Source: an uncultured Aquiluna sp.
GTDB taxonomy: Bacteria > Actinomycetota > Actinomycetes > Actinomycetales > Microbacteriaceae
NCBI GenBank assembly: GCA_913775595.1
Contig: CAJYLB010000001.1
Location: 682,001-746,000 of the forward strand
Direction: 5' to 3'
Length of the DNA: 64,000 nucleotides
Each line of letters starts with the position of its first letter. Within the stretch, counting starts at the first letter, position 1. This document shows positions 10,163-20,092 of the stretch, in pieces. Both the position numbers and the translations under genes were made by a program. The notes beneath the pieces are model-generated. The model saw only the letters and a program-made list of their open reading frames with translations, did no database searches and was not told the DNA's origin.

Positions 10163-11221
10163 TTGGCAGCAAATTCTCGCTTTGAGATCGTTCGTCGCGG
10201 CTACGACCCTCAGCCTGTCGAGCGTGAGCTCAAATCGCTAAACGCTGAGCTTGTCAGACTCAAAGAGCAGAATTCCGAGCTGCAACAGCAGGTCGCAGAC
10301 TTGGCGCAAAAGCTAGCTGACGCCGATGTTGAAATAGGCCTCAGAACCCAACCCAGCTATTCAGCTTTGGGCACCAAGGCTTCATCCCTACTCTCCACGG
10401 CAGAGCAGGTCGCGCTTGAGCTTGGAGAAAAGGCTCGAGAGGAAGCTCGCGTGCTAGTTGAAACCGCTGAGGCGGAGCTTTTCGCCAAAACTGAAGAAGT
10501 CGAGAGGCGATATCAGGAGCAGCTGGATGCTGCTGAGAGGCGCTCGGCAAGGAGAATTTCAGAGGCCACCATCGAGGCCGAGCAGATTGTCGCTAAGGCT
10601 GAGCGCACAGCAAACGGTTTGATTGCTACCGCTGAGGCCGAGGCCGGCAGATTACGAGGCCAGGTTGCGACCGAAATTGCGGCGATGCGCACCACAGCAA
10701 AGCGCGAGCTCGAGGCACGTGAGCAGGAACTCGAGGCAAAATATGCATCTAAAGAGTTTTTGCTCACCTCGGACATCGACATTGACGACAAGCGCAAGGA
10801 AAAACTGCTTGCAGAGCTCGAAGCGCAGATTGCCCAGCGTCGAAAAGATGCAGAGACTGAATACCTGGCAAAGCACAACGAGGCCGTCCGTCAGACCCAG
10901 CAGTACTTGGAGTCGGCCCAAAAGGACATCACAGACTTGAAGCAAGCGGCAAAAACCTTGCGACTCGAGGTTGAAACCCTAGAGCTGGAGACTTCTAAGA
11001 CCCAGGCTCGAATGCTTGCGGAAGCTCGGGAGAAGGCTGAATCTCTGGTCAGATCAGCTGAGCTCGAGGCAGTTGCAATGGGCTCAAAGGCACAGGATGA
11101 GGCAGCAAACCTTGTTCGCAATGCACGTGCAGAGCTCGCTGAGCTTGAGAACAAAGTGCTGTCAAGCAAGACTTATCTAGAAAACCTGCGTAGCGTGGTT
11201 GCAGAGCTAGAAAAGGACTAG
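10163..11221 (+). CDS. DivIVA-domain long coiled-coil protein
   Basis: N-terminal FEIVRRGYDPQPVE DivIVA-like motif followed by an A/E/K/R-rich heptad coiled coil. Confidence 0.75.
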   Translation: MAANSRFEIVRRGYDPQPVERELKSLNAELVRLKEQNSELQQQVADLAQKLADADVEIGLRTQPSYSALGTKASSLLSTAEQVALELGEKAREEARVLVETAEAELFAKTEEVERRYQEQLDAAERRSARRISEATIEAEQIVAKAERTANGLIATAEAEAGRLRGQVATEIAAMRTTAKRELEAREQELEAKYASKEFLLTSDIDIDDKRKEKLLAELEAQIAQRRKDAETEYLAKHNEAVRQTQQYLESAQKDITDLKQAAKTLRLEVETLELETSKTQARMLAEAREKAESLVRSAELEAVAMGSKAQDEAANLVRNARAELAELENKVLSSKTYLENLRSVVAELEKD

Positions 11222-11225
11222 GTAG

Positions 11226-12278
11226 ATGGAGCAGCGGGCAAGGGTAACAAACGCCTTCCAGATGGGCCTGGTGGGTGGTCTTGGCGTTCTCACGGCCATT
11301 CTCTTGGGCGCCGCAATCACTCAAACCGCAACAATCCTCACCTACATCGGCATCGCCCTTTTCATCGCCTTGGGAATGGACCCAATCGTGAGGGCTCTAA
11401 CCAAATGGAAGCTCCCCAGGCCACTGGCGGTAATCATCGTGATCGCAGGCTTTTTGGGGGCTGTAGCGCTTCTTCTCTGGGCAATTATCCCGACTGCGGT
11501 CACTGAGGCCGGAAAACTTATCAACCGGATTCCGACGATTGTCACGAACGTAATTTCCAATGATCTAATCGCAACTTGGGATGCGCAACTTGGTGGCAGC
11601 ATCACAGCAGCAGCAGATGGTGCCCTTGAGTTTGTGACCGATAGTTCTAACTGGCCCACGCTTCTTGGAGGCGTCCTTCAGGTCGGATTTGGTTTGCTAA
11701 GCGGAGTTGTTGGTTTCATCATTGTTGTTATCCTCAGTATCTATTTCATGGCTTCCTTGGAGCCAATGAAGGAGTATCTGTCTAGGCTGACAGCCGCATC
11801 AAAGCGTGAGCGTTTCAAGAAGCTCACCGACCAGGTCGCTCTCTCTGTGGGTCGTTGGGTGATGGGTCAGACTTCGGTTGCGCTATTACACGCAACCGTG
11901 CTGTTCATATTTTTGACCGTTGTTGGATCGCAGTTCTCGCTTCTACTGAGCCTCTCGGCATTCTTGCTGTCGCTAATTCCGCTAGTCGGTCCTGCCTCTG
12001 CAGGTCTGCTGGTGGTTGGAGTCAGCTACCTCTCGGGTTCCAGCTATGCGCTCTGGGCACTTATCTACTACCTGATTTACCTGCAGGTTGAGGCCTACCT
12101 CATCAGCCCAAGAGTGATGAAGCGTGCGGTGTCGGTACCGGCATCAATCGTTGTGATTGCAGCCCTCATGGGAGGAACACTCATGGGCATTCTTGGTGCG
12201 CTAATTGCAATCCCAGTTGCTGCATCAATCCTGCTGATAATCAGAGAAGTCTGGATGCCAACTCAGCAGCTTCGCTAG
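11226..12278 (+). CDS. AI-2E family transporter (PerM-like)
   Basis: Multi-TM protein with LIPLVGP, QVEAYLISPRVM, GILGALIAIPVAA. Confidence 0.85.
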   Translation: MEQRARVTNAFQMGLVGGLGVLTAILLGAAITQTATILTYIGIALFIALGMDPIVRALTKWKLPRPLAVIIVIAGFLGAVALLLWAIIPTAVTEAGKLINRIPTIVTNVISNDLIATWDAQLGGSITAAADGALEFVTDSSNWPTLLGGVLQVGFGLLSGVVGFIIVVILSIYFMASLEPMKEYLSRLTAASKRERFKKLTDQVALSVGRWVMGQTSVALLHATVLFIFLTVVGSQFSLLLSLSAFLLSLIPLVGPASAGLLVVGVSYLSGSSYALWALIYYLIYLQVEAYLISPRVMKRAVSVPASIVVIAALMGGTLMGILGALIAIPVAASILLIIREVWMPTQQLR

Positions 12279-12982
12279 TAGCTGGTGGGTAGCGTACCCA
12301 CCTCAGGACTAATTTCCGCAACGATCTGATTTAGCACGCGCCTAGTCGCGCTCTCTCCAACCCACAAATGCTTCTCGCCATCAAATGCAAGAACTTTTGA
12401 ATGCGGGACAATGGCAAAACGGCTTGCAGCCTCTTCGGGTTTGAGGAACTCATCCAGCTCCGGGACAAACGCAATCAAAGGCCTGGCAAACTCATTCCAG
12501 CGGCCTAAATCTTCGGCAGTCGCCCTGTGAAGTGGTGGTGAGAGGAGGATTGCTCCCTCTATGTCGTGGTCTGGGCCGTATTTGATTGCTAGCTCAGTAC
12601 CAAAAGACCAGCCAATCAGCCAAATGTTTCTAAGGCCCTGGCTCTTTACAAAGTCCACCGCCGCGGCCACATCGTGAGATTCAAGTCCACCGCCATCGAA
12701 AGCTCCGGAAGAGGTGCCTCTTGGTGATGATGTGCCTCGGGTGTTGAAGCGCAGGACCGCCATGTTGGCAAGATGTGGAAGTCGATTTGCGGCTTTGCGA
12801 AGAATGTGGGAGTCCATGAATCCGCCGTGCGTTGGCAGCGGATGCAGCGTTACCAGGGTTGCTGATGGAGCCGTCGACTCAGGCATCGCAAGCTCTCCAA
12901 CTAAGGTCTGACCGTCTGCTGTCTGGAGCTCAACGTCCTGGCGGATTGCGGGCAAGACGGTGTTTGAGGTTATTTGGTTCAA
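12275..12982 (-). CDS. Alpha/beta-fold hydrolase
   Basis: HPLPTHGGFM, LRFNTRG, GWSFG nucleophile elbow; start set at TTG 12982 overlapping the upstream TGA. Confidence 0.85.
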   Translation of the reverse strand: MNQITSNTVLPAIRQDVELQTADGQTLVGELAMPESTAPSATLVTLHPLPTHGGFMDSHILRKAANRLPHLANMAVLRFNTRGTSSPRGTSSGAFDGGGLESHDVAAAVDFVKSQGLRNIWLIGWSFGTELAIKYGPDHDIEGAILLSPPLHRATAEDLGRWNEFARPLIAFVPELDEFLKPEEAASRFAIVPHSKVLAFDGEKHLWVGESATRRVLNQIVAEISPEVGTLPTSY

Positions 12983-13275
12983 GGAAGTATCCCGTCGAAT
13001 AGCTTCCAGCAATGGTTATGAAAGTGACGTCGCGACTGAACGCCTCTGTGGATGTCCCAGGCGACTGTGTGGACAATTCCTGGTTCGATTATCACGACAC
13101 ATACGGGGCACACCCAGGTCTTACCCTCCTCGGCGTTGCTGCCCATTGTCTGCTGGACCTGAAACTCTCCGCCCCGCTTTTGCTCGGTGTGAGGAATTGA
13201 CATTCGCAACCTTGTAACGTCGAGCTCCTCGTACTCTCGCTTTGGCGCTCCCCTACGTCGCTTGCCTCTTGCCAT
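12979..13275 (-). CDS. Small actinobacterial protein with probable Zn-binding motif
   Basis: WVCPVC...HTVAW...RRHFHNHCW; overlaps both neighbours at its ends. Confidence 0.7.
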   Translation of the reverse strand: MARGKRRRGAPKREYEELDVTRLRMSIPHTEQKRGGEFQVQQTMGSNAEEGKTWVCPVCVVIIEPGIVHTVAWDIHRGVQSRRHFHNHCWKLFDGILP

Positions 13276-13856
13276 CAGTACCAGTTCTGCTCATCAGAGT
13301 GCACTAGAGCTGCACACGGAGAGCCGTATCTGCCGTCGATGTAGCCAATTCCCCAGCGCACCTGAGTCTCGGGGTTAGTGCGCCAGTCTGCTCCCGCCTT
13401 GGCCATCTTGGTGGCAGGCAAAGACTGTGGGATTCCATAGGCACCAGAGGACTTATTGGTGGCGTTCCAACGCCAGTTGCTCTCTCTTTCCCAGAGCTTG
13501 ACAAGACAGGAGAACTGGTCGTAGTCCCAGCCTTTTGACTCAACTTGGGCGAGGGCAAATGCCTTGACGCTGCCAGGTTCTGGGGTTGGCGCCCTCTTGA
13601 CCGTGATGGGCCTTGCCTCTTCGCCTGTGAGAACCTCAAAGCTTCCGCGGGAGTACTCAAGTCCAGAAAGTGGCACGAGCTGCAGCGATTGGTAGGCAAC
13701 CATCGGCTGGTCGTAGGTGTCCACGGAGTTTGCAGAGGCAATGGTTCCCGAGTAGGGATCTACGGCCGAGACCATGACCAGGGAGGCCACGAAAAAGTAG
13801 CCAAGGACGAACAATCCCCGTCCTCGGCCTCTAGATACCTTTGCGTGCTTAGCCAT
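13275..13856 (-). CDS. Membrane-anchored lytic transglycosylase-domain protein
   Basis: N-terminal TM; CLVKLWERESNW, SGAYGIPQSLP, YIDGRYGSPCAA. Confidence 0.85.
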   Translation of the reverse strand: MAKHAKVSRGRGRGLFVLGYFFVASLVMVSAVDPYSGTIASANSVDTYDQPMVAYQSLQLVPLSGLEYSRGSFEVLTGEEARPITVKRAPTPEPGSVKAFALAQVESKGWDYDQFSCLVKLWERESNWRWNATNKSSGAYGIPQSLPATKMAKAGADWRTNPETQVRWGIGYIDGRYGSPCAALVHSDEQNWY

Positions 13857-13894
13857 TTGCCTCCAAGGGCATTAAGCCTATTGGCTGTTGGCTA

Positions 13895-14434
13895 TTAGCG
13901 CACTAGCTCCTGGCGCTGAATAACGCTCACGACAATCCCGAGAAACTCATTCACTTCAAACCTGGTCGGACCACCGTTTTTTCGGCCGAGCGGGGTCGTC
14001 TTTAGCTCAAATGGCTCAGGAGACTGCAAAACGCCCTCCTGCACACTGAGCTTTTGCAACACCTCTCTCACTCTTCTCGGGTGGTAGCCGCTTCTTGCTG
14101 GACTGAAGCGCTTGTTTGGCTCCAAGCTCAGCACCTTGACAATGGTTCCAACCATAGTTCGAGTCTCTGTCTTAAACCGCTTCTGGCCGATTCGCTCTAA
14201 CCTTGCGCTTAGCTCTCGCTTTTCAAAGTCGATTGCCACGTGTGCGAGAGAGTTATCGGTCTGATCTATCCGATAGCCCCCGGGGACGAGCTCAAACTCG
14301 ACTGCTGCCAGCATAGAAGGTGTCACTATCCGACTCTTTGGGTTCTCGTATTGCCTTCGGATGCGATCCAGTAGCGCATCGACCTGCTCCGAGCTGTAAC
14401 CGAGGACAGAGTTAGCGACGCGCTCGATTGCCAT
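13895..14434 (-). CDS. DivIVA-repeat domain protein
   Basis: Degenerate repeats LGYSSEQVD, GGYRIDQTD, SGYHPRRVR, GGPTRFEVNEFL. Confidence 0.7.
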   Translation of the reverse strand: MAIERVANSVLGYSSEQVDALLDRIRRQYENPKSRIVTPSMLAAVEFELVPGGYRIDQTDNSLAHVAIDFEKRELSARLERIGQKRFKTETRTMVGTIVKVLSLEPNKRFSPARSGYHPRRVREVLQKLSVQEGVLQSPEPFELKTTPLGRKNGGPTRFEVNEFLGIVVSVIQRQELVR

Positions 14435-15255
14435 CAGAACGCGACTTGGGCTAGTAGGTACGCAACGAAAACCGAAGGCAGGAGGGAGTCGATGCGATCC
14501 ATGAACCCTCCGTGTCCCGGAAGAACGTCCCCCATGTCCTTCACGTTCAAATCTCTCTTGATTAGTGACTCCGAGAGGTCTCCCAAAACGGAGGTCACCA
14601 ACATGGCTGCCCCAAATAGTAAAGCAAAACTAAGTGAACTGGATGTTAATTGTCCCAGGATGATGCCGCCCAAAGCCGCTCCCACTGCAGAGGCTAGAAA
14701 TCCTTCCCAGGTTTTCTTCGGGCTGATGCTCGGGATGAGCTTAGTTTTGCCAAAGAATCGACCAACGAGATAACCGAAGCTGTCGATCATCACTACCGCT
14801 AGGACTATTCCTAGGACCCAGGCCGTGCCGCTTTCCATGTTGATAAGAAGTGACGCATAGCTAAGTAGTAGCGGAACATAGACAAGCGAAAAAGCTGTCG
14901 CACCAAAGTCTCGCAGCGTTTGTTTGGCGCTCTGCTGCTTGCCGATGATCAAGAGTGACACCAACCTCCAAACCACCAGGAGTCCAAGTGACCCCAGCAG
15001 GGAGAACCATTGACCTATGGCTCCATAAAAGTATGTGACGAACACGATTGCCGGCGCAGCGAAAGCCGCTCCCGAGGGAACGTGCCAACCAGATACGCGC
15101 AGGACGCGCGAAAGCTCATAGGTTGCAATCGCGGAAGCTACAGCGGCAAAAGAAGTGAAGGCAAGGGGGTGAAGCAGTGAGAGAAGAAAGACCCCGCCGA
15201 GGCTAAGCCCAACGGCTATTCTCGGCCCAAGAGTTCTTGTTTTAGAGCTATCCAA
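14434..15255 (-). CDS. cdsA: Phosphatidate cytidylyltransferase
   Basis: ISPKKTWEG, GDLSESLIKR, KDMGDVLPGHGGFMDRIDS; follows frr. Confidence 0.93.
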   Translation of the reverse strand: MDSSKTRTLGPRIAVGLSLGGVFLLSLLHPLAFTSFAAVASAIATYELSRVLRVSGWHVPSGAAFAAPAIVFVTYFYGAIGQWFSLLGSLGLLVVWRLVSLLIIGKQQSAKQTLRDFGATAFSLVYVPLLLSYASLLINMESGTAWVLGIVLAVVMIDSFGYLVGRFFGKTKLIPSISPKKTWEGFLASAVGAALGGIILGQLTSSSLSFALLFGAAMLVTSVLGDLSESLIKRDLNVKDMGDVLPGHGGFMDRIDSLLPSVFVAYLLAQVAF

Positions 15256-15816
15256 CTAGACCTCTAGAAGCTCCGCTTCTTTGTTCTTCAGTGCTTCGTC
15301 GATCTTGTCGACATGGGCCTTGGTAAGGGCTTCGAGCTCTTTTTCTGCTCTATCGACCTCATCCTCGCCGACTGCCCCATCCTTCTTCAGAGCCTCGAGG
15401 TCTTCTTTGGCCTTGCGCCTAATGTTCCGAACCGAGACTCTACCGTGTTCGGCTTTATCCCGAGTCAGCTTTACATATTCCTTGCGCCTGTCCTCGGTCA
15501 GCTCAGGAAGGTTCACCCGAATTACGTTGCCATCGGAGTTCGGCTGAGCGCCAAGGTTTGGCATGGCCAGCAGCGCCTTCTCGATGTCAGCCAAAGCTGC
15601 TTTGTCATAAGGGGTTATGAGAATTGAGCGCGCCTCGGGGTTTTGAATACCGGCCAACTGAGAGAGCGGAGTCGGTGTTCCGTAGTAATCGACCATGATC
15701 TTCTGAAACATGGCCGGGTTTGCTCGGCCGGTTCTGACCGACGCGAAGTCGTCCTTGGTGGCCTCTAGGGCCTTGTCCATCTTGTCCTTGGCCTCAGCCA
15801 TTACGTCCTGAATCAT
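15256..15816 (-). CDS. frr: Ribosome recycling factor
   Basis: [34 protein letters not shown]. Confidence 0.97.
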   Translation of the reverse strand: MIQDVMAEAKDKMDKALEATKDDFASVRTGRANPAMFQKIMVDYYGTPTPLSQLAGIQNPEARSILITPYDKAALADIEKALLAMPNLGAQPNSDGNVIRVNLPELTEDRRKEYVKLTRDKAEHGRVSVRNIRRKAKEDLEALKKDGAVGEDEVDRAEKELEALTKAHVDKIDEALKNKEAELLEV

Positions 15817-15830
15817 CTTTTGAAGCTCCT

Positions 15831-16532
15831 CTAAGCCCGAACTCTAGTGCCGATTGACTTGCCAAGGAGTGCCTTGGTGATGTCGTCCATGCCAAACACC
15901 CGCATCGGCATCTTGTTGTCCATGCAGAGTGAAAACGCGGTGGCGTCGACTACCTTCAGCCCCTGGACGAGTGCCTCCTGATAGCTGATCTCGCCAAGCT
16001 TCTTGGCTCCTGGATCCTTCTTTGGGTCTGCCGAATAGACTCCGTCGACACCATTCTTCGCGACCAGAACCTCATCAGCGTGGATCTCAAGTGCTCTCTG
16101 CGCCGCAACGGTGTCGGTTGAAAAGTAAGGCAGGCCCGCACCTGCGCCAAAGATGACTACCCGACCCTTTTCTAGGTGCCTGATGGCCCTCAGGGGCAGG
16201 TATGGCTCAGCAACCTGGGCCATGGAGATTGCGGTTTGAACCCTGACATCGGCTCCAGCCTGCTCAATAAAGTCTTGAAGGGCGAGTGCATTCATGACCG
16301 TGCCGAGCATTCCCATGTAGTCGGCTCGGCCGCGATCCATGCCTCGGTTTGAGAGCTCCGCGCCTCGGAAGAAGTTGCCACCACCGACAACGATGGCTAT
16401 TTCAACCTCTTTAGATGCCTTTGCGATTTCCTTGGCGATCTCGGATACCACGTCCGGATTTACTCCCAGCGAACCGCCACCAAAGGCTTCACCGGAGATT
16501 TTCAAAAGAACCCTGCGCTTTTTAGCAGCCAT
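15831..16532 (-). CDS. pyrH: UMP kinase
   Basis: [40 protein letters not shown] before ATG 16532. Confidence 0.96.
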   Translation of the reverse strand: MAAKKRRVLLKISGEAFGGGSLGVNPDVVSEIAKEIAKASKEVEIAIVVGGGNFFRGAELSNRGMDRGRADYMGMLGTVMNALALQDFIEQAGADVRVQTAISMAQVAEPYLPLRAIRHLEKGRVVIFGAGAGLPYFSTDTVAAQRALEIHADEVLVAKNGVDGVYSADPKKDPGAKKLGEISYQEALVQGLKVVDATAFSLCMDNKMPMRVFGMDDITKALLGKSIGTRVRA

Positions 16533-16570
16533 GACACCTCCAGTTGTAGCCAAGGACAATACTAGAGCGG

Positions 16571-16606
16571 AAAAAGCGAAGTGGGCCCGGCATACGCCGA
16601 GCCCAC
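16571..16606 (-). terminator. Intrinsic terminator after rpsB-tsf
   Basis: Minus strand GTGGGCTCGGC-gtat-GCCGGGCCCAC followed by TTCGCTTTTT. Confidence 0.8.
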
Positions 16607-16623
16607 CTAGTAAATCGCTTTAG

Positions 16624-17451
16624 TTATGCACCAACGCGGAAGCGAACGAAACCGGTCAGCTTCAGGCCAGCTGCCTCAGCAACCTTTCCAACGCTCTGCT
16701 TGTTGTCCTTGGCAAAGTCCTGGTCAAATAGGCAGGTCTCCTTGAAGAACCCGTTCACGCGCCCCTCAACAATCTTTGGAAGCGCAGCCTCTGGCTTACC
16801 TTCGTCGCGTGCTGTGGCCTCTGCAATTTCGCGCTCCTTGGCAACTACGTCTGCTGGGACATCGTCGCGAGTCAGGTACTGAGGGCTGAATGCCGCGATG
16901 TGAACCGCAATGTCGTGAGCGGTGTCACTGTCTGAACCCTCGTAGCCAAGAAGAACACCGACCTGAGGAGGTAGGTCTCGACTTGTGCGGTGAAGGTATG
17001 CGTCAATGCCGCTCGCCTCTACGACTGCAACCCTGCGAAGTTCTACCTTCTCGCCCATGATGGCGGCCTTGTCCGTGATTGCATCTGCAACTGTGGCACC
17101 GCCATGTGGTGCCGCAAGAGCTGAGTCGACATCGGAGGCTCCGGCTGCAACAACTGCGTCTGCGACCTCTTCTGCGAGGGCCACAAAGTTCTCTGCCTTG
17201 GCAACGAAGTCGGTCTCGCAAGCAAGCTCGATGAGAGTTCCCTTACCGCCCGCAACCCTGGATACGACCAGGCCGTTAGTGGTGGTTCTTCCCTCACGCT
17301 TCGAAACACCTTTTAGGCCCTTGAGGCGGAGTACCTCAAATGCCTTTTCGATGTCGCCATCGGCCTCGTCAAGGGCTCCCTTGCAGTCCATCATTCCGGC
17401 GCCGGACTTGTCGCGTAGCGCCTTTACGTCTGCTGCTGTGTAGTTAGCCAT
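16624..17451 (-). CDS. tsf: Elongation factor Ts
   Basis: VKALRDKSGAGMMDCK, ELACETDFVAK, FVRFRVG. Confidence 0.97.
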   Translation of the reverse strand: MANYTAADVKALRDKSGAGMMDCKGALDEADGDIEKAFEVLRLKGLKGVSKREGRTTTNGLVVSRVAGGKGTLIELACETDFVAKAENFVALAEEVADAVVAAGASDVDSALAAPHGGATVADAITDKAAIMGEKVELRRVAVVEASGIDAYLHRTSRDLPPQVGVLLGYEGSDSDTAHDIAVHIAAFSPQYLTRDDVPADVVAKEREIAEATARDEGKPEAALPKIVEGRVNGFFKETCLFDQDFAKDNKQSVGKVAEAAGLKLTGFVRFRVGA

Positions 17452-18455
17452 TACTTCTCGTCCTTCTTTTCTGCAGTCTTAGCTGGTGCCTTTTTGGCAG
17501 GAGCTTTTTTCTCGGCTGCTGGCTTAGCTGCAGCCTTTGCAGGCGCCTTGGCAGCTGGCTTCTCCTCGGTCTTTGCTGCTGGCTTCTTGGCAGGTGCCTT
17601 CTTCTCGGCTGCTGGCTTGGCAGCAGGCTTCTTAGCGGCCTTTGCGGCAGGTTGAGTTGCCTTTGCAGCTGCTGGAGCTTCGCCGGCCTTTGGCTCATCC
17701 TTCTGGCCCTCGAGCAGCTCGCGCTCCCACTCGGCTAGAGGCTCTGCCTCGGCGTCGGTCTTGGTGTGACGGGCAATCATGCCGTCGGCAGCTGCATCTG
17801 CAATCACCTTGGTTAGAAGTTCGATTGAACGAATTGCGTCGTCATTACCTGGGATGCCGATCTCAACATCATCTGGGTCGCAGTTGGTGTCGAGGATTGC
17901 GATAACAGGGATTCCAAGCTTCTTGGCCTCGGTTACAGCGAGGTGCTCTTTATTGGTGTCAACGATCCAAAGTGCGCTTGGGGTCTTGGTTACGTTGCGA
18001 ATGCCGCCGAGCGACTTCTCCAACTTGTCCTTCTCGCGCTTGAGCATGAGAAGTTCCTTCTTAGTAAGCCCAGACTTAGCAGGATCCTCGAAGTCAATTG
18101 CCTCGAGCTCCTTCATGCGGGAGATTCGCTTGGCTACGGTTGAAAAGTTTGTTAGCAGTCCGCCCAACCAACGCTGGTTGATGAACGGCTGGCCCACTCG
18201 CAGAGCTTCCGAGGCAATGGCCTCCTGGGCCTGCTTCTTCGTGCCGACGAACATGATGGATCCGCCATTAGCAACGAGATCACGAACGAAGTTATAAGCC
18301 TGGTCGATGTACTCGACTGACTGCTGAAGGTCGATGATGTAGATGCCCGAACGATCGGTCAGAATGTGACGCTTCATCTTTGGGTTCCACCTACGGGTCT
18401 GGTGACCGAAGTGGACGCCAGCGTCGAGCAGCTGGCGCATGGTTACGCTTGCCAT
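17451..18455 (-). CDS. rpsB: 30S ribosomal protein S2 with Lys/Ala/Pro-rich C-terminal tail
   Basis: [53 protein letters not shown] before ATG 18455. Confidence 0.97.
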   Translation of the reverse strand: MASVTMRQLLDAGVHFGHQTRRWNPKMKRHILTDRSGIYIIDLQQSVEYIDQAYNFVRDLVANGGSIMFVGTKKQAQEAIASEALRVGQPFINQRWLGGLLTNFSTVAKRISRMKELEAIDFEDPAKSGLTKKELLMLKREKDKLEKSLGGIRNVTKTPSALWIVDTNKEHLAVTEAKKLGIPVIAILDTNCDPDDVEIGIPGNDDAIRSIELLTKVIADAAADGMIARHTKTDAEAEPLAEWERELLEGQKDEPKAGEAPAAAKATQPAAKAAKKPAAKPAAEKKAPAKKPAAKTEEKPAAKAPAKAAAKPAAEKKAPAKKAPAKTAEKKDEK

Positions 18456-18605
18456 AAGGCACTCCTTTGGGCACAAATGTGCCCCTCAGTTTTTCGAAAT
18501 GAGCGGTTGCCCATCTCCCTGGCATTCCAATCCCCTAGAACCCCGAAGGGACCGAGCTAGCGAATTTTTGTTGGAACGCGCGAATTCACATCAAAAGATG
18601 TGTGC
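18456..18605 (-). promoter_or_regulatory. Structured rpsB 5' leader (probable S2 autoregulatory RNA)
   Basis: About 150-nt leader with hairpins (CACATC/GATGTG, and GGGCAC-ATTT-GTGCCC next to the SD); position matches known S2 leaders. Confidence 0.5.
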
Positions 18606-18683
18606 TGTAAGCATACCGCCAGAATGGCGGCTTTTCCACTGCTTTTCCTCGGGCTGCAAAGGAGGTTCTCACAGAGAGATTTC

Positions 18684-19169
18684 ATGGGCCTCATGATTAA
18701 ACTCTTCTTCACGATAAAGGCCTTCCTTGGGCTCATTTTGAGCCCAATTCCTGCGCCTGAAATTTGGGCCGAGCCCGTTCCTTACTTCTTAGACAAACAG
18801 CTCGGTAATTTCGTTGCTCCGCTCTCGGATCGTGGTCCCGGCCACAGAGGGATCGATGTCGTAGTCGACGATGAGCCTCTCCACTCACCTGTCACCGGCG
18901 TCATCTCGTTCAATGGCTTGGTAGTAGACCGGCAGGTGTTGACCATAACAACCGGCGGCCGCCAAATTAGCGTCGAGCCGATTTGCAGTGAGCTTGAAGT
19001 TGGCAAGGTGATTGTCACTGGCGAGTTGCTTGGAAGAGCCTGCACAGGGCAAGAGGGTTATACCCAGCACTGCGACGGTTGCATTCACCTTTCAGTGCGA
19101 ACAAGTCGCGGCTATGTGAATCCACTTTTGTTCTATGGAAAGTTGCGGCCAAGTGAGGTAATTGGCTAA
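18684..19169 (+). CDS. Secreted M23-family peptidase-like protein
   Basis: N-terminal hydrophobic segment, GHRGID (HxxxD), CIHLSVR, YVNPL; start could be 18693. Confidence 0.75.
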   Translation: MGLMIKLFFTIKAFLGLILSPIPAPEIWAEPVPYFLDKQLGNFVAPLSDRGPGHRGIDVVVDDEPLHSPVTGVISFNGLVVDRQVLTITTGGRQISVEPICSELEVGKVIVTGELLGRACTGQEGYTQHCDGCIHLSVRTSRGYVNPLLFYGKLRPSEVIG

Positions 19170-20053
19170 GCCCTCGGGTGAGCCTGGTCAAAAGACTTTC
19201 TGAGGCGGTCGACCGAAACGTGGGTATAGATCTGTGTGGTCGCTAGTGATGCGTGGCCCAGAATCTCTTGAACCGCTCTAAGGTCTGCACCATGGTCCAA
19301 CAGGTGAGTTGCCGCTGAGTGGCGGAGCGTATGGGGTCCGGCCTTGCCTGTCGGGGTTTGGGCAAGTTGCTGTGCAACCAGGGAGTAAAGCTGCCTGACT
19401 CCCACGCGTTTACCGCGTGATGTTAAGAGGAGTGCGCTCGGGGACGAGTCAGTCCGGTATTGCTCCCTGCCGTCTCTCACCCACGCCTCGATCGCCCTAT
19501 GCGCGCTATGTCCAAACGGCAGCATTCGCTGCTTATTTCCCTTTCCCGTTACTCGAACAAGGGCCCTTGAGTAATCCACGTCCTCAAGATCAACTCCTGC
19601 GAGCTCGCTAACTCTCATGCCCGTTGCATAAAGCAGCTCGAAAGCGCAGAGATCTCTCATACCCGCCGGGTTATCCGTGGTCGCAAGAAACTGAAGGCGA
19701 TTGAAGATTTCGTCAAGGCTCTTTTCAGTGGCAACCTTGGGAAGGCCCCTATCCAGTTTCGGTGCCTTGAGCCTCAATCCTGGGTCTGACTCGATTTTCT
19801 CGCGCTCAAATAGGAAGTTGGTAAATGCCTTAGCGCTCGAGGTCTTCCTTGCCAGAGTGGTCTTTGTCGCTCCCGCCTCACTAAGCGCCCACATCCAGTC
19901 GCGAAGCGATTCCAGGTCTAGCTGTCGTTTTTTGTCATCTAGGAATGCAGTTAGGTCTCTAAGGTCCGCGAGATAGGCCTTTTGGGTGTTGCTGCTGGTT
20001 CCGCGCGAGGCAAGGTGCGCGACGAATCCCGTCAACTCCGCCTCAAGGTCCAT
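19166..20053 (-). CDS. xerC: Chromosomal tyrosine recombinase XerC
   Basis: LYATGMRVSEL, GKGNKQR, PHTLRHSAATHLL, LGHASLATTQIYTHV; dprA-xerC-rpsB context. Confidence 0.9.
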   Translation of the reverse strand: MDLEAELTGFVAHLASRGTSSNTQKAYLADLRDLTAFLDDKKRQLDLESLRDWMWALSEAGATKTTLARKTSSAKAFTNFLFEREKIESDPGLRLKAPKLDRGLPKVATEKSLDEIFNRLQFLATTDNPAGMRDLCAFELLYATGMRVSELAGVDLEDVDYSRALVRVTGKGNKQRMLPFGHSAHRAIEAWVRDGREQYRTDSSPSALLLTSRGKRVGVRQLYSLVAQQLAQTPTGKAGPHTLRHSAATHLLDHGADLRAVQEILGHASLATTQIYTHVSVDRLRKSFDQAHPRA

Positions 20054-20092
20054 AAATCAACCCTAGGTGAGAGTTGCGGCAATCTGAGGTAG

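Noticed and set aside
19166..20053. Tyrosine recombinase as a mobile-element integrase
   Set aside because: Size, motifs and dprA/rpsB context match housekeeping XerC; no att sites or cargo
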